From Flavobacteriales bacterium (GTDB lineage: Bacteria > Bacteroidota > Bacteroidia > CAIKAF01): a stretch of DNA of 64,000 nucleotides. A model generated the notes under the pieces. It made no database searches, had not been told where the DNA came from, and was given only the letters and a program-made list of their open reading frames with translations. The position numbers were made by a program, and so were the translations under genes. The stretch lies in NCBI GenBank assembly GCA_018401695.1, contig JAGYKD010000004.1:30014-94013 (forward strand). The letters are read 5' to 3'. Below, one piece after another: positions 7,934-17,814 of the stretch (position 1 is its first letter; each line of letters starts with the position of its first letter).

Positions 7934-7963
7934 CCCATAGCCCACGGTTTCAACTGTAGGCCA
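7934..7963. repeat. REP-like palindrome, partner of 4775-4804
   Basis: CCCATAGCCCACGGTTTCAACTGTAGG. Confidence 0.7.
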
Positions 7964-8009
7964 GGATTTCAACCCCTACCCAAAACTCCATAGCTTCGCG
8001 ATCTCCGCC

Positions 8010-8154
8010 AGGGACCGGCACGGATGCCCCACAGCTTCGGGGTTTAGGCCTAGGTGGGCGGGCGGGGTGTAGCTTTGCGGAACCTCCGCGCGGCCCCTAG
8101 GCCTTGGCCCCGAAGCGAGGAGCAGCAGGGAGGGCCCGGCCGGCGGCACAAAAC
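8010..8154 (-). repeat. GC-rich long-hairpin element (E3; related to 61415-61619)
   Basis: CTTCGGGG..AGGCCTAGG/CCTAGGCCT..CCCCGAAG stem; GGCCGGGCCCT and CGGTCCCT ends shared with E11. Confidence 0.7.
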
Positions 8155-8179
8155 AATAATCTCTCCATTTCCTCCATTC

Positions 8180-9124
8180 CTAAAACCGATAGGCCAAGGT
8201 GGTTTGAAAACGGCCTAAGGCCCGGGGCTGGGCTTCCGGAACGTTTTGCCATAGCGCCTGCTGCCAATGTCCGCTAATAAACCAACGGTTTAAATAGACG
8301 TCTAGTCCAAGGCTTAGTTTGGCCATGGTGCCTCCGGTGGTGGCTTCCGGTATATCAAAGGAGCGGTCGCGGCCGTAATGCTCCAAAAGCAAACCTCCCA
8401 TGGGTATCCATTGCACTTTTTCGCCTTGTTTCCAATAAAACAGCTGCAACTGTTGGCTCGTGCGCCATCCGGGCAGATAACTTGACTCGTTTTGGGCAAA
8501 CACCCGAATGCGGCTGTCAACGTTTAGACCGAGTTTTTTGTACCGAAGGGTATAATTGATGTGCGCACCGGCGCCCCAACTTCCACTACCGGTCTGAAAA
8601 CCCAAAGGCAAAAGGGTGCCCTTGGGGTCTCTTTGCCGGTAATTTCCCAAGGGCAATTGCCCATCCACTCCGGCCATTAAGCCATGTTTCCAGTTGGACA
8701 GGGAGCTGTCGGGGCTCATAAAAGCGATGTAGGATGCCTGAATTTGGGCGTCGCCGGGGCCGGCTATGGAATAGCTTTGTTGGCTTTCCACACGCCGGTG
8801 GTAACTAAAGGGCAGGCTGCCCATGAGTTGAATTCTTGGGTGGGGAAACACCCGAAACCACAACTCGCTGCTGTGCATTTGGTCTTGGAGCACACGGTTG
8901 CTTCCATTGTAGTTTAGAGGGGTATTCGGATGATCAGAACTGCGGAACTGATACCTCACGCCCACCAAATTGGTGCGCACCACCGGTAAAAATCCACCGG
9001 CATTGAACGGGGCCATGCAGCCGCAAACATCGCAGGCCTTTGCCGCATGGGGGCTGAGCAAAAGTAGATTCAGCAGCACAAAGGCTTTACTCCATCCACC
9101 GCGTATCGGAAATAAGTGTTTCAT
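8180..9124 (-). CDS. Putative outer-membrane beta-barrel transporter of the MbnP/MbnH cluster
   Basis: Signal peptide then CDVCGC, GPGD motif, QTGSGSW, C-terminal YRF; operon context. Confidence 0.7.
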   Translation of the reverse strand: MKHLFPIRGGWSKAFVLLNLLLLSPHAAKACDVCGCMAPFNAGGFLPVVRTNLVGVRYQFRSSDHPNTPLNYNGSNRVLQDQMHSSELWFRVFPHPRIQLMGSLPFSYHRRVESQQSYSIAGPGDAQIQASYIAFMSPDSSLSNWKHGLMAGVDGQLPLGNYRQRDPKGTLLPLGFQTGSGSWGAGAHINYTLRYKKLGLNVDSRIRVFAQNESSYLPGWRTSQQLQLFYWKQGEKVQWIPMGGLLLEHYGRDRSFDIPEATTGGTMAKLSLGLDVYLNRWFISGHWQQALWQNVPEAQPRALGRFQTTLAYRF

Positions 9125-10100
9125 CGGTTGTACTTTTTATGAAGGCAACTAAGGCCTCGATATCTTGGTCGCTAAGCGGAATGCCAGCGCTTAAAGAGGG
9201 GTCAAGATTTGGTGTGGCTTGGGGAAAACGATAATGCCCAATGGCCTGCTCCAAAGTCATAAACCGGCCATCGTGCATGTAGGGATAAGTCAGCTCTGCG
9301 TTTCTTAGGCTGGGGACTTTAAATTTGCCATGGTCGGCCGGGTCCAGGGTAATGACTGCTCGTCCCGGGTCTTCGCTGAGGCTGTCCAGGCCATTGTTTC
9401 GGTAGCTGAAATCGCTCAACAAAGGCTCGCTGTGGCAGTGGCTGCAATGCTGCCTGAATAGGCTTAGTCCTTTCAGCTCTAAGGCATTTAGGCCTTTTCC
9501 GGTGGTCAGGTACATGTCGTATTTGGAACCGGAGGAGACTATAAGGGTCATAAATTGCGCCAGCGATTTCAGTAGGTGGTGGTCTTGCAATTGGGGGGTG
9601 CCAAATGCCTGTTGCGCCAAGAAACCATAGCTGCTGTCTTGGTTGACTTTTTGCAGCACCTGAGCCATGGTCAGGTTCATTTCTAAGGGATGCGTAAAAG
9701 GGGCTACGGGTACCATTTCTAAATGGTTGATGCCACCGTCCCACATAAAGGCCGGATGCCAGGCCATATTAAATACAGGAGGTGCATTTCGAATGCCCAA
9801 ACGCCCTTCCACCCCCATGCTTAGTTTGGTGTTGTGGTCGGCAAAGGCATGCACTTGCGCATGGCAGCTACCGCAAGATACCGAGCCGTCGGAGGAAAGT
9901 TGCCGGTCGTAAAACAGCTTTTTGCCCAGCTTAAAGCCATAAGCACTTGGGCTTTTCTCGCCTAAGCCATACACCGGGGTAGGAAAATGCTCCGGTGGAT
10001 TAAAGGCATAGGGGGTGCCAAGCTCTTCCGTATCCGCACTGCAAGAAGCAAGCATTACCCATCCAAGGATGGGTAATGCACGCAACATTCGAATCAACAT
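9087..10100 (-). CDS. MbnH-like di-heme cytochrome c peroxidase
   Basis: Two CxxCH motifs (CGSCH, CSHCH), RNAPP, FMWDGG, FKVPSLRN...PYMHDG; TGATG coupling to the upstream gene. Confidence 0.9.
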   Translation of the reverse strand: MLIRMLRALPILGWVMLASCSADTEELGTPYAFNPPEHFPTPVYGLGEKSPSAYGFKLGKKLFYDRQLSSDGSVSCGSCHAQVHAFADHNTKLSMGVEGRLGIRNAPPVFNMAWHPAFMWDGGINHLEMVPVAPFTHPLEMNLTMAQVLQKVNQDSSYGFLAQQAFGTPQLQDHHLLKSLAQFMTLIVSSGSKYDMYLTTGKGLNALELKGLSLFRQHCSHCHSEPLLSDFSYRNNGLDSLSEDPGRAVITLDPADHGKFKVPSLRNAELTYPYMHDGRFMTLEQAIGHYRFPQATPNLDPSLSAGIPLSDQDIEALVAFIKSTTDETLISDTRWME

Positions 10101-10852
10101 CAATTGTGGTTGTGGTCCCATGTGATGCCATTCTTAAGGGACATCATAAGGGCTTTGGCTTTGGCCCCGGGCATGTGCACCATGGGCGTAGAAGCGGTAG
10201 TTTCGCCTCCGTTCCACAAATGCGAGGGGTCCACCATTAAATGAACTTGAGGTGCACTGCCACCTTCTACCTCCAACAAAGCACCATTGAAACTGAGCTC
10301 AATGAGGGGATTAGCCGCATTTGGGCCGGAAAAGCCGCCCAAATGGTAGGTAAATTGTCCGGAGTTGCCGGTAGAGGAGGTGCCTTCGGCTTTTACAAAG
10401 ATGTAGCCGGTGTTCCAGCTCCAAAACATATTGTTGCTCACGGCCAATGCTCCTTCCTGTGCCCCTGAAACATTTCGTAGGGAATCTACGCCGAGCATCA
10501 AGCGGATGTCGGTATAGCTTCCCGCAGGAACATTTTTTACCGCCAACTGATTTTCTCCCTGGGCTGCGTCGGCCAAAAAGTATTGATTGGACGCTTGATG
10601 CCAGTTCCCATCGGTGGACTTAAGTTCCACGTTAGAAATATAGTATTTGAAGGTGGTGAAGCTTAGTTCCTCTGCGGTGGTGGGGTGGCTAAGGCTTTGG
10701 TTCAGTGCGAAAGGATTGCCGTCCCACCGGTGATCTAACTTCAGTACCACTTCACCGCTAGTGCCATGGTTGGTATTGGGTTCCTCCTCTGAACAGGAGG
10801 CCAAGAGGAGCGCTACCGCGCTCAGGAATAGAAATTTTGAAATAGAAGACAT
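10100..10852 (-). CDS. MbnP family copper-binding lipoprotein
   Basis: Lipobox LLASC, FKYYISN, GVDS..N.SG, MFWSWNTGYIF (WxW), His-rich C-terminus. Confidence 0.85.
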   Translation of the reverse strand: MSSISKFLFLSAVALLLASCSEEEPNTNHGTSGEVVLKLDHRWDGNPFALNQSLSHPTTAEELSFTTFKYYISNVELKSTDGNWHQASNQYFLADAAQGENQLAVKNVPAGSYTDIRLMLGVDSLRNVSGAQEGALAVSNNMFWSWNTGYIFVKAEGTSSTGNSGQFTYHLGGFSGPNAANPLIELSFNGALLEVEGGSAPQVHLMVDPSHLWNGGETTASTPMVHMPGAKAKALMMSLKNGITWDHNHN

Positions 10853-10999
10853 AAAAAGAGAATTTTGTTGGTTGTGGTCACGTATAGCGCTTAGCTGCCC
10901 CTGGGGCATGCTCCCAAATGAGCGGGCCAAGCGGTTCGGACCGTAAAATAAAAAAATGAGAAACCTAAGGTTTCTTGATTGGAAGGAAGGCTTAAGCCA

Positions 11000-11389
11000 T
11001 TAAACCAACAAAAACTCGGGTGGGGGAGATTCAGGAGGATGCGCGATTCCATAGAGGTCGGGACTATGGTGTTCCGAACTAAGGAATAACAGAGGGGGGG
11101 AGGAATTTTCCCATTTAGGGTTTAGAGCTAAAAAGGCAATAAAATCAAAGCGTAAAGGCCTTTCCGGCGTCCGGCTTTCCGTTCCTTGGCTGGATTCGGG
11201 CGACCATTGCACCAGGGATAATTCGTAATTGAGTTGGCAGGTACCTTTGCAGACAGGAATGGTTTTCTTTTGAACGCAGGCCTCCGCGTAGTTGCTTCGG
11301 TTGATTAAGAAATTAAGCTGCAGCCATTGGCTCAGAACCAAAGGAGTAGACAGGACTACCAACAACAACCATGCGAAGCCTAAGCGCAT
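11000..11389 (-). CDS. Small Cys-containing protein preceding the metal-uptake cluster
   Basis: N-terminal TM, C-x7-CKGTCQL, C-terminal HPPESPPP. Confidence 0.65.
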   Translation of the reverse strand: MRLGFAWLLLVVLSTPLVLSQWLQLNFLINRSNYAEACVQKKTIPVCKGTCQLNYELSLVQWSPESSQGTESRTPERPLRFDFIAFLALNPKWENSSPPLLFLSSEHHSPDLYGIAHPPESPPPEFLLV

Positions 11390-11477
11390 GGGGCAAAGGT
11401 AAGGCTAGAAAAGCAATCTTCAAGCAAAAAACATGCAACAATTGTCTTAGGCTGCCTGTTTCCATGGTAAACAAATT

Positions 11478-11651
11478 ATGCTTAAGCTATTTAAAACTCA
11501 AGATCCTGCCAAAAAGTTGCAAAAGGAATACGAAAAGCTCAAAAAGGAAGCTTACGAATTGTCGCATACCGACAGAAAAGCCTCAGATGCCTTAACGGCC
11601 AAGGCCGAGGAAATTTGGAAGAAAATAGAAGCTTTAAAAGAATCCAAATAA
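11478..11651 (+). CDS. Small protein (57 aa), Lacal_2735-like; below the ORF-track cutoff
   Basis: Manual translation MLKLFKTQDPAKKLQKEYEKLKKEAYELSHTDRKASDALTAKAEEIWKKIEALKESK, followed by a terminator. Confidence 0.75.
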   Translation: MLKLFKTQDPAKKLQKEYEKLKKEAYELSHTDRKASDALTAKAEEIWKKIEALKESK

Positions 11652-11753
<102 letters not shown>

Positions 11754-11803
11754 AAGTGGGATGCAAAAGTAAACTCCAATTTCTTTTTTGCCAACATTTG
11801 GGC

Positions 11804-14419
11804 TCACTTTTTTGATTTTGTTTCCTTAACTCCCACCAGCCGTTTGATTTCATGGAGCTTAACCAAAGCTTCTACGGGGGTTAAATGATCCACGTCTACA
11901 TTTTCAACCGCATCTCTCAAGGAAAGTAGGCCGGGGTCGTCCAATTGAATAAAGCTGAGCTGAACTCCCGCTTGTTTGCTTCCTTTCGTTTCCCGACTAG
12001 CTTCCAACTCTTTCAGCACTTGTTCGCTGCGTCTAACTACCTGCAAAGGCATACCGGCCATACGGGCTACTTGAATCCCAAAACTGTGGGCCGTTCCTCC
12101 GGGAGCCAATTTGCGCAAAAACACCATGTTCCCGTTTGATTCTTTTACAGAAACGTGGTAATTTTTTACGCGTTTTAAGTGCCGTTCCAAGTCGTTCAAC
12201 TCATGGTAGTGGGTGGCAAACAAGGTTTTGGCCTTGGCACTGGGGTGGTCGTGCAAAAATTCCACCAAACTCCAGGCAATGCTTATGCCGTCGTAGGTGC
12301 TGGTGCCCCGGCCAATTTCGTCCAACAAAACCAAGCTGCGGTCGCTTAGGTTGTTCATGATGGCCGCCGTTTCGCTCATTTCCACCATAAAAGTAGACTC
12401 TCCCTGGCTCAGGTTGTCGCTGGCACCAACGCGTGTAAAAATACGGTCGGTCCAGCCAATTCTGGCTTGTTCTGCGGGCACAAAACTACCGGCTTGAGCC
12501 ATTAGGACTATAAGGGCAGTTTGACGCAGCAAGGCACTTTTACCGGCCATGTTGGGGCCGGTAATAATGAGTATTTGTTGGTTGTCGCCATCCAACTGAA
12601 GGCTGTTGGGTATGTATTTTTCTCCGGCCGGCAGCTGATGTTCTATCACCGGATGCCTGCCCTCTAAAATAGTGATTTGATGGTTCTCCAATATTTCCGG
12701 CTTGCGGTAGCCGCGGCTGTGGGCAATACCTGCAAAATTGCAAAGGACATCTAGGGCCGCTAATTGTTGGGCGGTCTGTTTTACCTCGTTTAAATAAGGC
12801 AGCATTTCTTCTAAGAAATCCTGATACAAACGGGTTTCCAGACCAAGGATTTTTTCTTCGGCGCCCAGAATTTTTTCTTCCCAGGTTTTGAGTTCCGGGG
12901 TAATGTAGCGTTCGGCATTCACCAAGGTTTGTTTCCGGATCCACTCCTCCGGCACTTTGCTTTTATGGGCATTGGTCACCTCCAAATAATAGCCGAACAC
13001 TTGGTTAAAACCAAGTTTAAGTGAGCTTATGCCCGTTCGTTCGGCCTCATTTTCTTGGAGTTTAAGCAATACGTCTTTACCGGAATAAGCCAGTTTGCGG
13101 TATTCATCCAATTCCGCATCAAAGCCTTCCGCAAAAACAGGGCCTTTGCCCGGTTGAGCCGGGGGCTCCTCTACCATACTTTGCTCAATGCGTTCGGCCA
13201 GGTGCTCCAAATTCGGAAAGGCTTGAGCAAATATTTCCCAATCTTTTCCTCCCTCGGCTGCCATTTCTTGGCCTAAAGCTTGCGCCTCACGAATGGCGGC
13301 GGCCAATCGCGGGAGTTCTCGAGGCGATAAACGGCCGGTGGCCAACCTTCCGGTGAGCCGCTCCACGTCGCCGCACAGCGACAACCGGCTTTTCCAGGCC
13401 TCTATTTTTTCCGGTTGCCTCACCAACCACTGCACCCGGTTCAGACGTTCTTCTATGGCCTCAGGCGAACGTAGGGGCATAAGCAGCCAGTGCCTGAGCT
13501 TCCTTGCGCCCATAGGAGTTTGGGTTTCATTCAGCACATCAAATAAGCTCACCCCATTGCCTTGAAGACTCTCTACCAGTTCCAAATTGCGTATGGTGAA
13601 TGGATCCAACCATAAATGGTCGCCCCGTTCAAGACGCGTAATTACATTAAGGTGCGGAAGTTTTTCATGGCGGGTTTGGGCCAAATAGTGCAATATGGTG
13701 CCGGCAGCAACCACTGCTGCATCCATATGGTCAATGCCAAAGCCTTTCATGCTTTGGGTGCCGAAGTGTCGATTGAGCAGTGGCTCAGCAAAGTCCCGGT
13801 CAAATATCCAAGCTTCCAGTGGATACATATAATAGGATTTGCCCATTCGGTTTCTGAGCGCTTCCTCATGGGCCCGCGGCACCAATACTTCCCTGGGTTC
13901 AAAAGAGCCCAGCAAATGGTGCATAAAATCAAAACCGCCTTCACCGGCAAAAAAGGCACCGGTAGAAAGGTCCAACAAGGCCATGCCGTAGCGTTCACCC
14001 ATGGGCGCTAAGGCGGCTAAGTAGTGGCTGTTTTGACCGTCCAACACCTTTTCATTCAAGGCTACCCCCGGGGTTACTAATTCTGTTATACCTCGTTTTA
14101 CAATGGTTTTGGTGGTTTTGGGATCTTCCAGTTGTTCGCAAATGGCCACCCTTAAGCCTGCCCGCACCAGGCGAGGCAAATAGGCATCCAAACTGTGGTA
14201 AGGAAAACCGGCCAATTCCACCGAAGAGGCCGCCCCGTTTTTGCGTTTGGTAAGCGTTATTCCCAATACCTTAGAAGCCTGTATGGCATCTTCGCCAAAG
14301 GTTTCGTAAAAGTCCCCTACGCGAAACAGCAACAAAGCATCCGGATGCTTTGCCTTAATTTCATAAAATTGCTTCATCAAAGGGGTTTCCTTTACTGCCT
14401 GCTTCCCGGTTTTTGCCAC
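11804..14419 (-). CDS. mutS: DNA mismatch repair protein MutS
   Basis: TPLMKQF, GDFYETF, ITGPNMAGKS, STFMVEM, DEIGRGTST, FATHYHEL. Confidence 0.98.
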   Translation of the reverse strand: MAKTGKQAVKETPLMKQFYEIKAKHPDALLLFRVGDFYETFGEDAIQASKVLGITLTKRKNGAASSVELAGFPYHSLDAYLPRLVRAGLRVAICEQLEDPKTTKTIVKRGITELVTPGVALNEKVLDGQNSHYLAALAPMGERYGMALLDLSTGAFFAGEGGFDFMHHLLGSFEPREVLVPRAHEEALRNRMGKSYYMYPLEAWIFDRDFAEPLLNRHFGTQSMKGFGIDHMDAAVVAAGTILHYLAQTRHEKLPHLNVITRLERGDHLWLDPFTIRNLELVESLQGNGVSLFDVLNETQTPMGARKLRHWLLMPLRSPEAIEERLNRVQWLVRQPEKIEAWKSRLSLCGDVERLTGRLATGRLSPRELPRLAAAIREAQALGQEMAAEGGKDWEIFAQAFPNLEHLAERIEQSMVEEPPAQPGKGPVFAEGFDAELDEYRKLAYSGKDVLLKLQENEAERTGISSLKLGFNQVFGYYLEVTNAHKSKVPEEWIRKQTLVNAERYITPELKTWEEKILGAEEKILGLETRLYQDFLEEMLPYLNEVKQTAQQLAALDVLCNFAGIAHSRGYRKPEILENHQITILEGRHPVIEHQLPAGEKYIPNSLQLDGDNQQILIITGPNMAGKSALLRQTALIVLMAQAGSFVPAEQARIGWTDRIFTRVGASDNLSQGESTFMVEMSETAAIMNNLSDRSLVLLDEIGRGTSTYDGISIAWSLVEFLHDHPSAKAKTLFATHYHELNDLERHLKRVKNYHVSVKESNGNMVFLRKLAPGGTAHSFGIQVARMAGMPLQVVRRSEQVLKELEASRETKGSKQAGVQLSFIQLDDPGLLSLRDAVENVDVDHLTPVEALVKLHEIKRLVGVKETKSKK

Positions 14420-14506
14420 GTCTTGGATTTTTTTCGAAAGTAACCATTCCTTTGCATTGGTTCAAGGCCTTGGACTTACTTTCCTACGATACCCTACCTT
14501 TGCTCC

Positions 14507-15028
14507 ATGCAAAAAAAGCAGATGGACGAACTGGGAAGACTATTGCCGCACGAGGCTTCCCGGGCTCCCCGTTTTCCCATGCGCATTCTCCTCGATCAGG
14601 TGCGCAGCATGGCCAATGTGGGTAGCCTGTTTAGAACGGCCGATGCGTTTGGAATAGAAGGCCTGGATATTTGTGGCATTAGTCCTCAACCGCCCCGCCC
14701 CGAAATCCGAAAAGTGTCCTTGGGCGCAGAGCTTACCGTTCCTTGGAAGCATTGGCCCTCCGCCCTGGATGCGCTTCATTTTTACAAGGAATCCGGCTAC
14801 GAATTGTGGGCTTTGGAACAAGTGCATGGCAGTATTTCCTTGCCCTTATGGACCAAACGCCGTCCGGAACCGGTGGTGCTGGTGCTTGGACATGAAATTG
14901 ACGGTGTTTCCGATGAGGTGTTGGCCCTTTGCGATGCCGCCTTGGAAATCCCTCAGTTTGGAACCAAACATTCTTTGAATGTTGCTGTGGCGGCAGGTAT
15001 AGCTATGGCCAAATACGTGTTGGATTAG
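14507..15028 (+). CDS. TrmH/SpoU family RNA methyltransferase
   Basis: NVGSLFRTADAFG, LGHEIDGV, IPQFGTKHSLNVAVA. Confidence 0.92.
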   Translation: MQKKQMDELGRLLPHEASRAPRFPMRILLDQVRSMANVGSLFRTADAFGIEGLDICGISPQPPRPEIRKVSLGAELTVPWKHWPSALDALHFYKESGYELWALEQVHGSISLPLWTKRRPEPVVLVLGHEIDGVSDEVLALCDAALEIPQFGTKHSLNVAVAAGIAMAKYVLD

Positions 15029-15171
15029 GGCGCCATTTCCGTCTCCGGCGGCAAGTCCTCAGCTCCGCCTCAGGGCAGGCTAAGCGGTGCGTGGGCTTCT
15101 AAGGTCGCCTCCGCCCGCTAAGCCTGCCCAAGAGCCGGAGCTTCCGGGCTTTTTGCCTCCGCCGGGGCGCA
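15028..15171 (+). repeat. GC-rich long-hairpin element (E4)
   Basis: GGGCGCC..TCCGTCTCCGGC...GCCGGGGCGC ends as in E2/E5; core GCGGTGCGTGGGC..CCTCCGCCCGC as in E6. Confidence 0.8.
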
Positions 15172-15242
15172 AATCATCGTCCCAAATCAAGATTTTGAAC
15201 ACCCTTAAGCTAAGTTTGCCAAAGCTTCGTTAAATTCATGTT

Positions 15243-17081
15243 GTGAAATGTTTCTTTGCTCTTCTCCTTTGCTTTTATGCAGGTTTCCTTTACGCCTCGC
15301 CTCCCCTGGATTCTTTGGAGGCTAAAAAAGCGCGTATTGAGGCCAATTGGCGTATTGCCCCTGCCGAAACCTACGCACTGGCCAGGTCCTTGTTTTTTGA
15401 ATCTAAGGAGGTGCCCGAAATTCAAGCTTGGGCAGGCAACATTGCCGGCATCCTTTCCGCCGCTTTAGGCATGTTGGACTCCTCCGATTGGTATTACCAA
15501 AATGCTTTGGTGGTAGCCAAAGAGCATGGTGTCCGTGAAACGCTGCAAAAAATCAAGATGAATCAGGGCATTAACAGCAACTACCGAGGCGATTTTAAAG
15601 CAGCGGCCCTTTCCTTTTACGAGGCCATTCGAGAAGCACGGGTCGATACCAACCTCATGTTGGAAGCCTATGCCTCCAGCAATCTGGGTTTTGCTTTGCA
15701 ACGCATCGACTTGCCACTCCAGGCCCTAAATTACCACATCAAAGCCGCTCGACTTTTTTGGTCTTTGGACCAATGGATTCCATATGCCAACGAACTCAAC
15801 AATCTTTCGGTCTTGCTTTACGAAAAGGAAAGAGACAGTCTTTCTTTGCATGCCGTAAAGCAAAGCCTGCGCATAAAGTTGGCCATGGGGGTTCCCAATA
15901 TCGGCGCCAACTACCTAAACATAGGTAACGTCTATATGCGGTGGAACCAATTGGATTCTGCCGAAGTAAATTTTTCAAAAGCCCTGGAGAGCTCACGTGC
16001 CATAAACGATTTAGAAATGTTGGGCCAATCGGTCTATTCATTGGGATGGTTGCATGTGCAAAAGGAAGATTTTGTTCGGGCCAAACCCTTGCTGGAGGAG
16101 GCCTTAGCCTTGGCCGAACTTAACGATCAGGGATACAGCCAACAAAAAGCCGCCGATCTTTTGGCAACCACTTACGGAAACTTAGGCCTTTATAAGCAGG
16201 CCTATTTAAGTCGATTACGCGCCGATGCCCTTAACGATAGTTTATACGCCGAGGACGACCGAGTGGAAATAGAGGCCTTAAGGCACAGCTTGGAAGAAGA
16301 ACAACTGGCTTTCGAAAATGCCCTAAAAGACGTTCAAATTGCCGAAGACGCCCTTAAAAAAGAACAGCAACAGCTTCAGGTGATTGTCCTTGCTTCGGCC
16401 TTGTTGTTGTCCTTGTTGGTATTTCTTGCCTTTTTTCTGCGAAGCAGGGAACGCCAAAAGTGGACCCAAAGGCAAGCAAAATGGGAAGAAGAAAAGAGCT
16501 TGCTGCACCTAAGGCAAAAGCATCAAGAAGAAAAACAACGCATTTCCCAAGACCTGCACGACAATGTAGGCAGCCGACTTACCGTACTTATTCATCAGTT
16601 GGATGCTTCGGGCGACAGCCCTGAACTACACCTTGCGGCACGGGAAACCCTGCAAGACCTCCGCCAGGCAGTTTGGCTTATCCGAGAAGAGGCCTTGGAT
16701 CCTTCCCGTTTGGTGCAACGCCTTAAAAACCAATTTGGTCGAATTCAACATCCGGTGATGGATTGGCAGGTAGAGATGCGTCACGATGCCCCTCTTCCTC
16801 CGCACTTAGCCATCCAAATGCTGCGTGTGGTTCAAGAGTTGGTAAACAATGCAATAAAGCATGCTAAAGCCCGTAAAATTAAGGTGGTTCTTGAGTTCAC
16901 CAGCTGCCAAATGTCGGCCACTGTAAGCGATAATGGAATAGGAATGGAGCCCGAACAAATGCAGTCCGGTGGAGGGCTAGATGGCCTTAATGCGCGCATT
17001 TTAAATGCAGGCGGCAGGTTTTCTTGGGAGAGCCGGGTGGGCAAAGGAAGTTCTTTTGAGGTGTTTTTTCCTCTAGAATAG
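15243..17081 (+). CDS. TPR-containing sensor histidine kinase (HisKA_3 type)
   Basis: TPR-like repeats, TM segment, RISQDLHDNVG, QELVNNAIKHA, DNGIG, GxGL. Confidence 0.92.
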   Translation: MKCFFALLLCFYAGFLYASPPLDSLEAKKARIEANWRIAPAETYALARSLFFESKEVPEIQAWAGNIAGILSAALGMLDSSDWYYQNALVVAKEHGVRETLQKIKMNQGINSNYRGDFKAAALSFYEAIREARVDTNLMLEAYASSNLGFALQRIDLPLQALNYHIKAARLFWSLDQWIPYANELNNLSVLLYEKERDSLSLHAVKQSLRIKLAMGVPNIGANYLNIGNVYMRWNQLDSAEVNFSKALESSRAINDLEMLGQSVYSLGWLHVQKEDFVRAKPLLEEALALAELNDQGYSQQKAADLLATTYGNLGLYKQAYLSRLRADALNDSLYAEDDRVEIEALRHSLEEEQLAFENALKDVQIAEDALKKEQQQLQVIVLASALLLSLLVFLAFFLRSRERQKWTQRQAKWEEEKSLLHLRQKHQEEKQRISQDLHDNVGSRLTVLIHQLDASGDSPELHLAARETLQDLRQAVWLIREEALDPSRLVQRLKNQFGRIQHPVMDWQVEMRHDAPLPPHLAIQMLRVVQELVNNAIKHAKARKIKVVLEFTSCQMSATVSDNGIGMEPEQMQSGGGLDGLNARILNAGGRFSWESRVGKGSSFEVFFPLE

Positions 17082-17151
17082 ACAAAGGCTTCCTAATTTT
17101 TAGGATAAACTGCGTATTGGGTATGATTTTTGCCCTATTCATTTTTACCGT

Positions 17152-17814
17152 ATGGCAATTCAGAGTAAACTAAAACTGGCAATCGCCGAAGATCATCCGC
17201 AACTGCTCCAAAGCCTTAAGATGAAACTGGAGCAAAACAGCCGCTATGCAGTAAAACATGCCGCAAGAAATGGGCGGGAATTACTCGATATGCTTCAGGC
17301 CTACTGCGGTATAGATTTGGTATTGATGGACCTGCAAATGCCTCTTATGGACGGAGTAGAGGCTACCGCACAAATCAAAAGCAAGTATCCGCATATTCGG
17401 GTATTGGTCATTACTGTTTTTGACGACGACCACCACATTTTTGAGGCCATTAAAGCCGGCGCTTCGGGTTATGTGCTCAAAGATTTGCCTTCCACCGAGC
17501 TGCACGAAGCCATTGAAGCAGTTATGGAAGACCGCCATCCCATTCCCGATCATTTGTGCGGAAGGTTGTTTTCCATGCTTCGGGAGGGCAGACCGGCAAA
17601 GCTTAATCAAGAGCAAGCCCCCGACTTAACCGGCCGGGAACTGGAAGTTTTGAAGAGTTTAGATGCCGGCCTTACCTACGAGGGCATAGCCCAAAACCTA
17701 TTTATTAGTCAGGGTACCGTACGTAAGCATGTGGAGAATCTCTACCGAAAGTTGCAAGCCCACAACCGCACCGAGGCTTTAAAAAAGGCCCGTGGCATGG
17801 GCTTGTTTTCCTAA
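17152..17814 (+). CDS. NarL/LuxR family response regulator
   Basis: AED, LMDLQMP receiver domain; LTGRELEVL...TVRKHVENLYRKL HTH. Confidence 0.95.
   Translation: MAIQSKLKLAIAEDHPQLLQSLKMKLEQNSRYAVKHAARNGRELLDMLQAYCGIDLVLMDLQMPLMDGVEATAQIKSKYPHIRVLVITVFDDDHHIFEAIKAGASGYVLKDLPSTELHEAIEAVMEDRHPIPDHLCGRLFSMLREGRPAKLNQEQAPDLTGRELEVLKSLDAGLTYEGIAQNLFISQGTVRKHVENLYRKLQAHNRTEALKKARGMGLFS

Noticed and set aside
4122-8160. Classical tRNA-integrated prophage or ICE
   Set aside because: No integrase, no duplicated tRNA 3' end in the window, no phage or conjugation genes
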